Source of the DNA: Podarcis gaigeae
Lineage: Eukaryota
Assembly (NCBI GenBank): GCA_964106915.2
Contig: OZ066916.1
DNA: 64,000 bases
Reading direction: 5' to 3' (one strand)
Below the pieces are notes generated by a model that saw only the letters and a program-made list of their open reading frames with translations, did not search any database and was not told the DNA's origin. A program made the position numbers and the translations under genes. Positions 12,467 to 26,513 of the stretch are shown piece after piece (positions within the stretch are counted from its first letter, which is position 1; the number at the start of each line of letters is the position of its first letter).

Positions 12467-12824
12467 GGGACACAGGTGGCGCTGTGGGTAAAACCTCAGC
12501 ACCTAGGACTTGCCGATCGTCAGGTCGGCGGTTCGAATCCCCGTGGCGGGGTGCGCTCCCGTTGCTCGGTCCCAGCGCCTGCCAACCTAGCAGTTCGAAA
12601 GCACCCCCGGGTGCAAGTAGATAAATAGGGACCGCTTACTAGCGGGAAGGTAAACAGCGTTTCTGTGTGCTGTGCTGGCTCGCCAGATGCAGCTTGTCAC
12701 GCTGGCCACGTGACCCAGAAGTGTCTTCGGACAGCGCTGGCCCCCGGCCTCTTAAGTGAGATGGGCACACAACCCTAGAGTCGGACACGACTGGCCCGTA
12801 CGGGCAGGGGTACCTTTACCTTTT
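12467..12824 (+). mobile_element. Sauria SINE (full length)
   Basis: Head GGGACACAGGTGGCGCTGTGG, B-box GGTTCGAATCC, tail ACCTTTACCTTT. TSD TAAATTCCATGA at 12455-12466 and 12825-12836. Confidence 0.92.
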
Positions 12825-15800
12825 TAAATTCCATGAACACATTAGCGACTATCAGTGTGTTGGGTGGAAGTGTTCTGTGCTCCTTCTCTACTATGTTATT
12901 TTCGTGCTGACCCATGAATTAACTGCTTCTGTCTTCAGGTGCTGTCCAGGGTGCTAGTCTGGCTCTGTTCCCATTCTTTATGAGTGCTAAGCTTCATGAC
13001 TCCCAAGAAATGCACCTCTTCCTTTGCAGTGATTATTTTTGCACAAGGGAGTGGATGTCAGGGGACGAGGGGCTATGCCCCATAGATGAGACTGGTGTTT
13101 CTTCTCCCAATCCAGCCATGCTTTCTTAAAAAATTGGGAAGAAATATGGATGGGAATGCACTCTCAGATACACAAGAAAGTCATGCTGCATGGGATTATG
13201 GCATTTGTGCCATTTCTGTGGCACTGTGGATCCATATTCTTACGCCCATCTCATCCCTGAACTTGTCATATGTAACTCTGCATCAAGAGCTGTATCAGGA
13301 TGCAAGTCTTGCTGTGCAGGGCTGGTGAGCAATAAACTTGCTAAAGCAGCATAACAAAGTAGAGAAGGCTAGGCTGATTGCATGGGGAATGGGGGTGTAA
13401 TCCTCTCTCAAAGCAACAGCAGATCAAAGGAAAAATAAACAGAAACATGTATGAGGTGAGTGGGAGGGGGTTGTTAACATTTTCACCCACCTCAAATGGC
13501 AACATTTCAGAGGGAAAATCTAACCTCATAAAATGCACACTGCAGCACTCATGAAAACTGTTGAAATACAGTAGTTTCAATTGAAAACCGAACTAGCAGT
13601 TAACCAGGAAATTTTACATCTCCAAGTAAAATATCTTCCTAAGAGCTATTTGCTCATAATGTACTGGGATTTTTGTAGTATACACCTTGCATCAATATAT
13701 TTGCTTCCTGTTTAGATGTCTGGTGGTGGTATTACCCTGACATGTAGTGTTTTTAGCTAAATTTTGATCAGTTTTTCAAAGTTCCCAGCTCCATGTCAAT
13801 CATTCTAGCAAAGCCAGTCCCAACTGGTATATGGATGTATGATCTATTCTGTTATCTGAATTCCACAGGAGTCTCATCATGGATCCCAGCTGTCTGTGTT
13901 CCTTCCACCAGGCCTCCCTCGGTTGGTCCATCAGGCTGTTTTCCAGAAGCTACATCCACATATCCCACATCTGACATCATACAAAATGTCTGGTGTGTGG
14001 CAAGTAGAGATGCTGCTGCAGAAAGGAGAATCAACTCCCCTATATGTCAGCTGATATGCAGGGAGTTTAATCCTGCTCAGATGAGGCCCACACCAGTCAG
14101 TCCTGATTGGTCCACTACCACCACCTATGAGGGCCAACTTTGGCAGGTGGGTGGGGCAACCCACTTTTCAGTCACCTGGTGTCAATATGATGTCAGATGA
14201 TTGACAGGTAGGTGGTCCCACCCACTTGCCAAAGTAGGCCTGCTAGGATAGGAGAAATAAATATCACCAGGCAAAAAATGTTCCCGATCCCAAACTACGG
14301 TCTCATAGTATAGGACAGATTTTTCTGTTCCATTCTTTGTGAATGTATTTATGTTAGGATGGCTCTAAGCACATGTGCTGAGGGTGACTTGCAGAAATCA
14401 CCACAAAACAATGTAATCAGTTGCAACAGAACCAACCAAATGTCATCATATAGACACAAGGCTACAGCAGGAAAATAACTCTGAGCCCTAAAAGACTACA
14501 TCTGGTATCTTAGCACTTAACCACCAAGTAGTAAAGGACAGCACAGTATAGTGGGACTTGGGTCAAGGAGATTTGAGTTCAAAACTCCACTTAGCCATGG
14601 AGCTTTCCAGATGGCTTTAAGCCAGTCATGCAGTGGGATGAGCCCCATTTATGCTGCTTTGAACTCCTTGTTGTGCCAGGCATGATCCCATCCCCTCTTC
14701 TTCATGAATGGCCTGCCCCATATGCAGATGAGATGGATGCCAAAGCAGGACAATGAAGAAGGTTCTGGATACCGTGGTGAGGCAGATCCAGAAAGCAAGA
14801 AGGATTGAAAAGCAATTTTTTTAGAAAGGACATCCTCTACAGTGGGAAGGGGAGACTCGTGCATGTGTGCTTCCTATGAAAGTTAGCAGCAGAGAAAATA
14901 TAAAGAAAGTTGGCCCAGCAGGCCTAGCTGGAAGCAGAGGGAGGTTAAAGAGAATTAAATGGCTACCAGCTTCCCTTTAACAATCTGCTTTGTGGCCATA
15001 GGGTGTGATGGCTGTGTTCAGTAATGTGCTAGGTATTAAAGGATGATGAATGTGAATTGATCTATTTAGGGAACAGGAATTGGATAAGTGGTTGAAAGTG
15101 TATTTATTGGGTGGCTCATTTATCCATATTCCCAGACTGTACAAAATTATGTGGTTGCCACGTAATAAGCTTCTTTGCTGGGCTTTGAGCGTGTAGCTTT
15201 ACCCTCTTGTTTATATAAAACCTCAAAGGGGCTTGTTTTTGATGGGAGCTTTTATTCTTAAAGCAGAAAGCATTTAGAGAATGCTGCTGCTCAAACTTCA
15301 AAGTGCCAAATGTGCCCTGTATTAGCTTATTAGCTGCTACCTCGGAAGCCTGTCCAATACGGATCTTTATCAAGCACTCTGTTACCATAGTATCAGATCA
15401 CCTCACCATTTTTTCATGTATTTATCCTTACAATTCCCATATAAGGCAGCATATTACTAAGCCTGCTCATTTTATAGCTAAGGAGTTAAAGGAAAGGAGA
15501 ACCATAGAACACTGTATGGCTCAGAGGGGCTTCAAGGTTCTTTGTCATTACAGCCAACAGACCAGATAATGTGCTGCGGTAACAATGATCAAGAAAGATC
15601 AAGGTGTCCCATGCTACAGGTGCTTAGATAACTGAGGACACATTTAGTGAAATGCAGGAACTACAAGCCTAATGCACCAGGAACTGAGGCTCATTACAAA
15701 ACAGAAACAATGTGAAGTACTAACACTCATTTTCTCACAAGCCTTACTGAAACCCTTGCTCGGGACTCCAGATACAAATACCCACCAGGAATCTCAACTC

Positions 15801-15922
15801 TACTGCTGCAGCTGAGGCTGTAATGACACAGGTAAGTCAGAGAGGGGGAGAAACAGCCATGGCTACAGTGTCTCCCCACCCAGTATAGTATGATGAAGCT
15901 ATGTATTAATTAGTTATATTTT

Positions 15923-16020
15923 AATAATAATTTTATTATTTAGATGCCGTTCATCTGACTGGGTTGCCCCAGCCACTCTGGGCGGTTCCCAACAAAATAT
16001 TAAAAACACAATAAAACATG
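15923..16020 (-). mobile_element. L2 LINE 3'-tail fragment
   Basis: aataataattttattattta...catctgactgggttgccccagccactctgggcggttccc matches the tail of the L2 at 49677-50612. Confidence 0.7.
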
Positions 16021-16427
16021 AACCACTAACTAGCTTAACAACATACCCCACAGGTTAACACTGGCTGTGTTTGCACGGAACACTAAACCAGGATTTGTTT
16101 TCCCCGTGGTTTATAGACCTAACCATGATCAGTCTTGCAAATGACCTATGAAACTATGGCTTGTTTTACCCAATCCTGATTTGTTCTTTTCCCACAAATG
16201 CCCTTGTGAAGTTCCTGTGCTGCCATTTATTTGAAAAAAAATTATATACTGGCTACATTAAGAAAAAAAGTCGCATGGCAGTGAACAGCATGAAAGCAAC
16301 AATTGCAGTCATAAAACAAATACAAAATACACCATAAATCAGCAGCTCAGATTAATGCATCAACACGGCTGGATCAAGTGATGTGGCTGGCATAGCCTCA
16401 ACACATCACCAGCTTGCTTACAATGCT

Positions 16428-16546
16428 TAAGGCTGCCATATAGATTTCCCCGGACATTACTGGGATTTCAAAGGTGGAATTGACATCTTGAGGGGAATTT
16501 CTGATAGGTGGTGCTGGTTTTTACTTTTTGAAATATGGCATGCCTA
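16428..16546. mobile_element. hAT-like MITE remnant (TAGGGTTGCCATAT-type TIRs)
   Basis: Imperfect TIRs taaggctgccatat ... atatggcatgccta; related to 25818-26021 and 37519-37789. Confidence 0.5.
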
Positions 16547-19500
16547 ACTATGTTCAAATGGGGCATGGAAATTTCCTTGGACATTTTGGGCTGCTTTCAG
16601 CATGCTCCACAACCTCCCTTCCTCCCTGGCCCCACACAATGTAATCTTGAGACCAGAAATTAATATCCCTTTCTTACCAGTGCATTGTGAAATTATGGAA
16701 TTTCCTTATGCAACATGTAGGGGTGGTGACTTATTTGGGTGGTATTAACTTTAAGGATTGTCCTTAAAGTTATTTGTTGACTGAAATTATTAATTCACAT
16801 AGCTGAAGGATTGTGAATGCTTTCCTTGACACTCCGACAACACCCACTGACCCTCCAATGGAAATTTTTACTACACCTTCCTGTTAGTGATTGGTATCTT
16901 CAAGCTTTCAGCAAAGCATTGGCCAAATTATTCCCCACAGACCACCCAGCAAGATGGATCATTCCCCTTCCCCTCCAAAAAGCTGTTATTTTGCCACCCA
17001 TCATCCAACTCTTTAACAGGAATCCCATGCTAAATGCATGCTATGTAGTTGGAGTCTGTGCTGGGTCAGGATCATTGATTGGTCCATTAGGTGTCTATGT
17101 AAGAAGATCCCAGCAATAGTGCTGTGGAGTGGGGACCCTAAGCTTTGGTTTCTCTTTCAAAGTTATTTGTTTTTATCCTCAGAAGGTCATTCAAACCTCC
17201 TAAGAGTTAAGTTGTGCTTTCAAAGTACACTCCTGGATAGATCTTAGTCAATTAGCCAATTTTCCTCTCCTTGCAAAGCAGTAGCAAAGCTAGACAGGTT
17301 GACTTGAGAGGGAGGACTTGTTGGGGGGAGTTGGATAGGAAAATCAGTCTGTTACTAAACAGAATGAGGAGGGAGGGCTAATTCTTAGAAAATACCAGTG
17401 AGAGCTGCTTGGTTTTATTTTCCAGCTGTTCTTGCCTGTAGCTTGGCAAGCAGCTGGGTGGCTGCTAAAACAAACCAGAATTAAGCCAGGATCATGAGTT
17501 CAGGTGTGGTGACAAACCATGGTTAAAGAAAGCCGATATTCTAAAGCTGGCAACAAACCATGGCTTCACACTGTGGTTTGTTGCTGTAAAATAAACCATG
17601 GTTAGTTGCCTGAAATGGGTTCAGACATTCAACCAAAGCACAACTTAGGTGAAACCAACTATGGCTTAACTTTAGGTATGAAGTGGAGAGTGTCTCCCCC
17701 ATAGGGGACAAGGAGTAAGTATTGATGTTGGAGAAAATTTTTACCTATTGGTTGCAAATCCCAAACTGTAAGTAATTTTCCATAATGAACACCAAAGAAA
17801 CCCAGAACTCTATTGAAACTGGTAGTGAAACACCCAAGACTCCTTCTAACTTTCAGGTTCAGAGCCAAGACACATGGAGCAGAACAAACAATGAATGGAG
17901 ATTCAACGCCAGTACATTCCACTATATGAGATGTGTGAGTATTGTCTTTATTACTACGTTGTCTTTCCAACAGATCAATCTCTAAATATAGGCCTCATGG
18001 GGAATGTCACTGAGGAGGATGGGAGCTGGGCTGGGGCATTTACAATCACACGGCCCCATGTATTGTCTGTTGCAGCTGCTAACTTTTATTCATCACACTC
18101 CTTTCTTGTCTCCCAACAGGCAATGGGGAAGCCTTCCAACATGTACAGATATAAGGATATTCTTCACCCAATGTCAAGTAGGCAACCAGAAGGGCTACAA
18201 CAGAAGCAGCAGTAACCAGTAGGAAACTCGCCTTTCCTGTGAGGGCCGCCATCTTTGTTCTCCAATGTCTGCTTCTGTCTTTCCAAAGAGCAGGACTGGC
18301 AGTATTGTAAGAGATTCAGTGGTACCCAGCACAAAGTTACAGTGAAAAGGAAAGCTGTATCTTTATCCTACTGTCTTTCATATAGCTGCAGAAGCAGAGA
18401 CAGACTCTGCAAGAAGAAAATGGTTGGCAACTGTACTTTTATGCTTTGCTCACAGAAGTGATGTTCAATAAAGACTGTGATGGTTTCAGCAGTGTCTGTT
18501 TTTGTGAAGGTTAGGCCTGCCTTTTTACTCGAGCCATCTGTCTTTGTGATTGAGCATAGAAACTGGAGCAGGGGGCATTGCATTCTTCACCACAGCATCC
18601 ATCATGGCTGCTTCACATCATTGATCTCACTTCTTTGAGCCCCAATGAGGGTTCAAGGGAAGGTACCACTACCCCAGTGGCTTTCTGTATATGCAAAAAC
18701 TCAAGGTTTTTAATGTATATTTTTACATACACTGAACATGCAATTTCAACACAATTGTCTCATAAAATAAATATCACAGCCAACAGTGGCTAATGGTTAT
18801 GTTTACTTTCTATATCACACGAACCAACCTTATCTATGTGTCGTGATCTGGCAGGACAACAGGGAGGAGGAAGAGGATCCTGGCAAGGTGTGTCACTTAG
18901 CCTGGGACACACTGCGGCAAGCTGGGGATGGGGAAGGGGAGGTTGGTGTAGGAAGTACTCAGAGGGTTATGGAGGATGTCGTGGGGCTGGGAGTCAGTAC
19001 ACAGGAACCAGAGTAGCAGGACGCCGGAGTCAGAGGGGTTCCTGTAAATGGAACAAAAAGTCAGGGCTACCTTGGTTTGGTTCTTTTCAGTTTCTGATTC
19101 ATTCCTTGATCCAAGAAATCAGGTCTGTTTGTCTGCGTCTTTTTGTCCTTAGACTTTCTCCTGCAAATATCCTCTTAATATATAGTCTTGTGTGTTCTCT
19201 ACTTCAGTTGCTATCAGTTGCATAGGTAAAGATCAGAGGAAACTTCCTCATAGCAAACAAATGTTCTTGGCTGTCACACACAATTAATAGCACTGCTTGA
19301 GTTTTTCAATAAAAAAAGATCTCTTCAGGGAATATTTTTTTAAGTGCTCTGTCCTGACCTAAATTTGCTCCCATTACAGTCAATAGAAGTTTTATATAAA
19401 ATTTAAGGGAAAAGGCCAACTCCAGACCTCCTGCCAGTCCCCCCTCCACCTTTCCATGACACACGGACACTTAAAATAGAAATAGTATCATCCATATAAT

Positions 19501-19984
19501 ATGGCTGAGGCTTGTAAAGTCAGGGGATCTTTAGTCTGCTACATTCTAAAAATGTGTCTAGGTTGTGCCCAGCTTTAACCTGGACACCAGCTCCTCAGAG
19601 GATGAATTGGACCTCCCACTGACTGACTGAAGACTTGGGGGAGCAGGCATCTCCACCCCATTGCCAGCCCTGAACGTTCAGGGGAAACTTTGCAGGGTTC
19701 TTCCAGAGGTGCCATTTGTGTGGCTTCCAGTTGGAGAGTCAATGGATGAGCTCCTGGTGGAGTCCATGGAAAAGGTGGAGCCATCACTGCCAGCAATCTT
19801 CAAGGGCATGAACCCCCAAAGATTCAAGTTGTAAACCCATGACAAAGTGCCCAACTGAGAGCCCAAAGTCACCATGTGGCTCAGTAGTAATAATAACTCC
19901 TTATGAGTAACAGTACTTCTCAGGAGGAAGGGTTTTCAAAACACCAGCAGTTGGTATTAGAATAATAGAATTCTTGTAACTTGC

Positions 19985-20080
19985 AGCCATTGGTTCGGGT
20001 CCTACTCTCCAGAGCCAGAGAAAACAAGCTTTCTCCATCTTCCATGTGACAGCTCTTTAGATATGTGAAGGTGGCTATCT
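19985..20080 (-). mobile_element. CR1 LINE 3' ORF2 fragment
   Basis: ccattggttcgggtcctactctcc...aaacaagctttctccatcttccatgtgacagc...agatatgtgaag resembles reverse-strand CR1 C-terminal coding sequence. Confidence 0.55.
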
Positions 20081-20832
20081 TCTCTCTGTGCAACAAATGA
20101 AGACTCCTAAAGGGCAGAACACAAAAAGCATAGCTAAGCCACCTGTGAGCTCTGAACCAATGGAGGGCTGCTCTGAATTATATTCTTATTGCTGCAGTTG
20201 GAAAGAGAGAGAAAATGGTACCTTGCCCATCTGAACACTGGCGGTCTTGGTTCACTGCTTATTCTTTGTGCCCTAACAAGCTGACAGCACCATTGATTTC
20301 TGTCCCCTCTGTCTTTGGCAGTAACAAGCCCCCAGAGACGGTGAAATCCTTGCTTTCTTGGTTAACCTCTGCACCGCTTTCCTCCCTTTGCCTTTTTTCC
20401 AAATGCTTGCCGCTTTCCAGTATCTGTTGACAAGGGAAAGTCAGCCTCTCTAAGTCAAGTGTGTTTTTCTTGCTAGAAATACTCATTATGTAAATCACTG
20501 TTGCTTTTTTGGCTAGATAGTAAAGGAACGACAAAATGAAGAACACATCATCTTTATTATGCTTGGACCCTGTTGCCCCACAGGGATTGGTTTGGTTATA
20601 CAGACTTATTCACCTGGCTTGGATATTGATAGCATTTTAACAACCCAATTTGAGAGTGAAGTTTCCATCCGTTAATTTCCCCCCAAATAACCAATAAAAG
20701 AAAGGCAGTGGTTTAAGATGCTTATGTGATTTAAGTAGCCAAGATTTGCAACGGGAGAAAGCAGCTGTACTATTTCAGTTTACTGTGCCTGTTAATTCAG
20801 TAAGCTTTCAGATGCCACAATAGTAATAATAA

Positions 20833-21108
<276 letters not shown>

Positions 21109-21664
21109 TAGGTTGTTTCAGTCATGTTTTACCGGTGTTTTGGGATAAGGACATATCTGCCTGGAGACAGGTCACAGCAGCTGATTATTCTAAGCATGGG
21201 CATTTATTTACTTATTGCCTTTATATACTACTTTTCAGCCAGAACTCACAAAGTGATTTACATAAGGCTATTACAACACCATGTATTTAAAAATACAATA
21301 GAATGGATAGGAAAACTTGTTGGTTTAGAAAAAGCTGCTCCTGCCTACTCTCTCTTCCCCTCAGGGCAAGATGGGCCTTCAGAGGCCTCTGTGGTGGGAA
21401 TGGGCTACTGCGGAAACTGGATGGTGACACTTTCCCAAGCCTCTTTCTACTCCGCTTCGCTCAGGGCAAGATGGTGCTTCAGATTTAAGGGACAGTGAAG
21501 CTAGTTAAAAAATAAAGCAAACTATTGACATAAGTATTTCTCTTTACAAGTCTCAAAATGGTTTGCATTGTTTATTTAATTATCATTTAGGAAACTTATC
21601 TTCTGCCTTTCCCCTACAGTAGAACTCATAGTTTAGATTCACAAGTAGTCACTGGAATATAAAT

Positions 21665-21770
21665 TGAGGGATGTGGTGCCCTCCAGATGTTGTTGGATTC
21701 CAGAAGTTTTTGGACTCCAACCAATTTGGCCAATGTTCAGGGATGGTCGGAGTTGTAGGGTGGTTAACTG
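21665..21770. mobile_element. Short palindromic hAT-derived MITE, degenerate
   Basis: gtggtgccctccagatgttgttgga...cagggatggtcggagttgtag; same family as 37117-37252. Confidence 0.5.
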
Positions 21771-23140
21771 ACCAAAAGGAGGAGAAACACTCCAATCTAA
21801 CAAACATGGCTTTAGCTTTAACTTGCACTGGGGCATAATAATAATCTTATGGCAATCCAGAATATTAGTTTCCCACTCTGCTCTTGTTCTGCACATCTCA
21901 CTGCCCCATAGCAGATGTATCCAATTACTTAATTTTAAATGCCTTGTTACATTTCATATATCACTTTTATGAAGGCTTCTCAACTGGTGTTTTACAGCAA
22001 AGGCTCTGCAGAGTAGCATACCCTGGCCCCAAATTAATATGTTTGAGTATTTTGCCCACAGGAACAGTTTTTTAATTACATATTTGCAAAGTATTACTTT
22101 GACTAAGGACCAAAATAAATATTTCATAGCAGAGATTGTGATAAGTTTTCAAGACTCTTTGAGAGGATACTTAATTTGATCAGAGCGGCAATGCTGGAGG
22201 ATGAGTGTTTAACTCTTTCCCCGATATGATTCCTAATCTGAATTCCCTTCTTCCACTCTGCTAGCATGCCCACTGGGAGGAGGATATTGGCCACATTTAC
22301 ACCACAGGTTTAAAGCACTATGATGTCACTGTAAACAGCTATGGCTACCCCTAAAGAATTCTGGGAGTTGTAATCTGTTAAGGATGCTGACAATTGTTAG
22401 GAGGCCCCTATTCCCCTGAGTGATTTAACAATCAAACCCTCTTCACAGAGTGAATATACCCAACCCTCAGGAGCAGATTTTGGGAGCAAACAGGAGACTA
22501 CAGAGAAGAAGAGAGATAGGGGAAGTCCTGTTGCATGTGTGGGCTTCCGGTCATCCTGTGTTGCTTACAGACCGTTTTAAATAAAGTTGGAAGCAAACCT
22601 GCGCACATACAGTTGCCTTTCCAGTCTTCCCAGCTGTGCTGTAATAACCCAACATATGTCAAGTGTTTATGTGTAGGGCTTGTTTTGACCTTCAGATGAA
22701 TGTGTGAAGATTGGGAGCAGGGAGAGCAGATACGATCTACCCTCTCCATGTGTTGAAAGAAGGCCTGAAAAGGTCAGAATGTCTTTCCGAGACTTTCTCT
22801 TGCTGATCAATTTCTGGAGTCAGTTTGGGGGAGATCCAGCCTATGAAGTCGTCCATCCCTGCTCCAGGTTATTTCCTCTTTTCAGAACCCCCCCCCCCAA
22901 TTCAGATCTAGACTTGGCCATGAACTGAGCAGATTTAGGAAACTCACAATCCTATTCTCCCAGTAATATGTACATAATAACACCAGCCTAGTCTGCAAGA
23001 TTGTTGTGGGGATTACCGGCAATCTATGAGAAGCATTTTTACGGAAGTGGCCACTTGAGAAAAATGCACTGTGGCATTGTGGTGGTAAATTGCATGCTGG
23101 GATTGTATTAAAAGTATAAAAAGGACCTAAGGGGAATAGG

Positions 23141-23504
23141 GGGACGCAGGTGGCGCTGTGGGTTAAAGCCTCAGCGCCTAGGACTTGCCGATTGAAAGGT
23201 CGGCGGTTCGAATCCCTGCGGCGGGGTGCGCTCCCGCTGCTCGGTCCCAGCACCTGCCAACCTAGCAGTTCGAAAGCACCTCCGGGTGCAAGTAGATAAA
23301 TAGGGACCGCTTACCAGCGGGAAGGTAAACGGCGTTTCCGTGTGCGGCTCTGGCTCGCCAGAGCAGCGATGTCATGCTGGCCACGTGACCCGGAAGTGTC
23401 TCCGGACAGCGCTGGCCCCTGGCCTCTTGAGTGAGATGGGCGCACAACCCCAGAGTCTGTCAAGACTGGCCCGTACGGGCAGGGGTACCTTTACCTTTAC
23501 CTTT
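23141..23504 (+). mobile_element. Sauria SINE (young, full length)
   Basis: Head GGGACGCAGGTGGCGCTGTGGGTTAAAGCC and (ACCTTT)3 tail. TSD TAAGGGGAATAGG at 23128-23140 and 23505-23517. Confidence 0.93.
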
Positions 23505-23796
23505 TAAGGGGAATAGGAAAGAAACTGGAGTGTTTGGAGAAGGGCAGTGTTCAGTTTTAGTTTTGAGTGTGTTTCTGGAATAAAGAAGCTGCAAACATTT
23601 GTTGGGGGCTGCTGGGAATTGTGGTCCAAAACCCCTGAGGTGTTCCAGGTTAGGGAATATTGGCATACATTAACTAGAAGTTGCTCTGTTGTAGCCATAA
23701 ATCAAAGGCAGAAGTAAATCATCAACACTTCACAATATTGTTACTTCTCATTTCCTTTTGCGTGTGTAGGTCCCCAGGCCACCCCTCAAATAACTT

Positions 23797-24940
23797 CACA
23801 CATAACACGTAATTTCGTTTTGGTTTTTGGGCACTATTTTGGCCACAACTTTATTAAAATACAAAATCAGTGAGTGGTTGTTTAGACATTGGTTATGACT
23901 ATCTGTCCCCCCGCCTGGGACAGAACTGACATCCCGAGGTCTGATCGGTAGCCAGTAGAAGAGAAAGTCAAACTGGGGGGTCATTTGAGCTAAGCGTCGG
24001 ACCCACGCCGCTCACCCCAGCAGCTCCCCGAAAGCTTGCCTGCCCGGTCCTATAACAAGGATTCCCATAACAGGGATTGGGCGGCCCTAGTCCCATAACA
24101 GGGATTGGACGAAATAGTGGCGAGCCCCAGGATTCCTTTAACGGAATTCCCTTCAGCGCAATAGGAGGGGCAGGCCCAGCCTTACCCCTCCACCACCAGC
24201 ATATTATAAAGGTAAAGGTAAAGGTACCCCTGCCCGTACGGGCCAGTCTTGACAGACTCTGGGGTTGTGCGCCCATCTCACTCAAGAGGCCAGGGGCCAG
24301 CGCTGTCCGGAGACACTTCCGGGTCACGTGGCCAGCGTGACATCGCTGCTCTGGCGAGCCAGAGCCGCACACGGAAACGCCGTTTACCTTCCCGCTGGTA
24401 AGCGGTCCCTATTTATCTACTTGCACCCGGAGGTGCTTTCGAACTGCTAGGTTGGCAGGCGCTGGGACCGAGCAGCGGGAGCGCACCCCGCCGCAGGGAT
24501 TCGAACCGCCGACCTTTCGATCGGCAAGTCCTAGGCGCTGAGGCTTTAACCACAGCGCCACCTGCGTCCCTTATAACCAATGCCTAACCGCAACCTTACA
24601 AGTTGTGACGAATTGCTGAGTAGTAGGCAAAACCAAATGGCACAGCCAATCACCAAATGGCAAATTCCTACTAGGCCCCTGCTCCAAAGCAGACGACCCC
24701 ATGACAGGCAAAGCAAGGTCAACCGGAAAGAGGGCGGGCGGGCGGGTGATCCGATGCACTCTGCAAAAAGAAAGAGAAACCAGAGTGCACCAATATTTAA
24801 AGACTATGGCCCCACCCACCCAATTTGCAACATACAATTTGCCCCAGCAACCCGGTTACCCAATCATGATGCCAGGCAACAACTATTAACCTGCCTGGCA
24901 ACAAGAGGCCTGGCCTGGTGGCCCACACCGCAACACGTGC
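23797..24940 (-). mobile_element. LTR-like terminal repeat (LTR or DIRS/Ngaro-type retroelement), interrupted by a SINE
   Basis: CpG-rich block unlike its flanks. On the minus strand it has AATAAAGTTGTGGCC followed by a GT-rich end near 23800-23855, a TATA-like TTTAAATA near 24793-24800, and an internal 17-bp direct repeat cccataacagggattgg. Family assignment and boundaries are tentative. Confidence 0.5.
24208..24570 (-). mobile_element. Sauria SINE (young, full length), nested in LTR-like element
   Basis: Near-identical reverse complement of 23141-23504; short TSD TTATA(A) at 24204 and 24571. Confidence 0.93.
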
Positions 24941-25001
24941 TCTCATTTATTGGAGAACACGCTTTATAGGCTAACTCCCTTCAGCTGACAATACTCCCAG
25001 C

Positions 25002-25135
25002 CAGTGCTTTTCCCCCTAAAAATGTTTGAGGGTACTCTCATTTTCCTACTCATATTGAAATACTGCCCCTCATTAAGACCAAACTTAGATTCACAAAATA
25101 TTTTGGGGTATGCATACCCATAGAAAAAAGCACTG
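25002..25135. mobile_element. hAT MITE
   Basis: TIRs CAGTGCTTTT / AAAAGCACTG and exact 8-bp TSD CTCCCAGC (24994-25001, 25136-25143). Confidence 0.85.
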
Positions 25136-25817
25136 CTCCCAGCTGTCTTTCAAGAAAAGCTTAAATGGAAACTGCTTACTAAATCTCCACAGTCTTCCCT
25201 CAAGGCCCACCTGGAGATACCAGGGACCTGGGGCCACTGACCTATAGCTTCCTGTAAGGGTTGCTTTTGAAGAGTTTTGGAACATTTCAACTGGTTCACG
25301 GTGCAAGGATCATGTTATACTTTACATTGTTGTATAAAAATGTCAAAGTTGTATTTTAAGCATCAACAACAACACAGCACCAGGGGTTGCTAACATTTTC
25401 TCCTGGTGTTTGCTACCAGATTTCACAAAGTAAAAACCAGGGCAAAAATGTGTCCTTGTTCGGAGAACCAAGTGACAGTTGCAGCCATGTCACAAAGTCA
25501 TTCGTATCCCCAACCCCCACAGTCCTTTGAATGCAGGTAATAATCCTGACATCTTCAGGTTGTTACGGATAGCACAGTGTCTGCATTCAGTTGCTGCATC
25601 CCAACATATGCTCTAAGTGTTACTTACAGAGGAGCTGTCATGGTCTTCAGTAGAGGTCATGTGTGTGGTGTCAGAGGTGCTCTTGTAGATATCACTGCAT
25701 GCAATAATTGTGACCAGGTCTTCAGACTTTACAGATTCTATTCCTCATGCAGTTTAATTGATGTGCGGCAATTTTCATGTTAGTCAAATCAACAACTGTA
25801 GAAAGTATTGAGTAGCA

Positions 25818-26021
25818 TAGGGTTGCCATATTTCAATAAGTAAAATTCCTGACATCCGCAGTGATTTTAAGCTTTTTTGAGCTGTTTCTGCTGCTTTTTC
25901 AATTGGCTTACATCTGGGTTTTTCCTGACTTTTACTGATGCAGCAAAAATACCCCCTGAAGCCATTTTTACACCCCAAAACCAGGACATGTAAGGAATTC
26001 TTCTGACATATGGCAAGCCTA
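25818..26021. mobile_element. hAT-like MITE (TAGGGTTGCCATAT TIRs)
   Basis: TIRs TAGGGTTGCCATAT / ATATGGCAAGCCTA; no clear TSD. Confidence 0.6.
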
Positions 26022-26513
26022 CATTTAATCAAGAAAGTTTCAAATACATAAGGTGAGATCACATCTCTTTGTGGAAGAGAAGTTCTGTGTTTTTGCGTTT
26101 CTGGGTAAGTTAATGCCAAGAAGGGCTTTCAGTCGCATACATACAAATAAAAACATCTGCAAATAAAAACATCCTAAAGATCCCAGGCCACAGAGAGGTT
26201 AGGCTGGCCTCAACTAGAGCCAGGGCTTTCTCGGCCGCGGCTCCAATCTGGTGGAATGCTCTGTCACAAGAGACTAGGGCCCTGCGGGATCTGACATCTT
26301 TCCGCAGGGCCTGCAAGACAGAGCTGTTACACCAGGCCTTTGGTCAGGGCGCAGCCTGACCCCCTCCTCTGGCAATCTGCACAGAATTTTGCTTGATGGT
26401 TGCCATTAATTTGATTTTAATTAATTTTATAATGAATGTTTTTAGAATGTTGGACTATTTTGATTGTTGTTAGCCGCGCTGAGCCCAGCTTTGGCTGGGG
26501 AGGGCGGGATATA

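Noticed and set aside
23400-23415. REST/RE1 half-site GGACAGCGC
   Set aside because: Only the right half-site is present and it is part of the Sauria SINE consensus; there is no adjacent TCAGCACC half.
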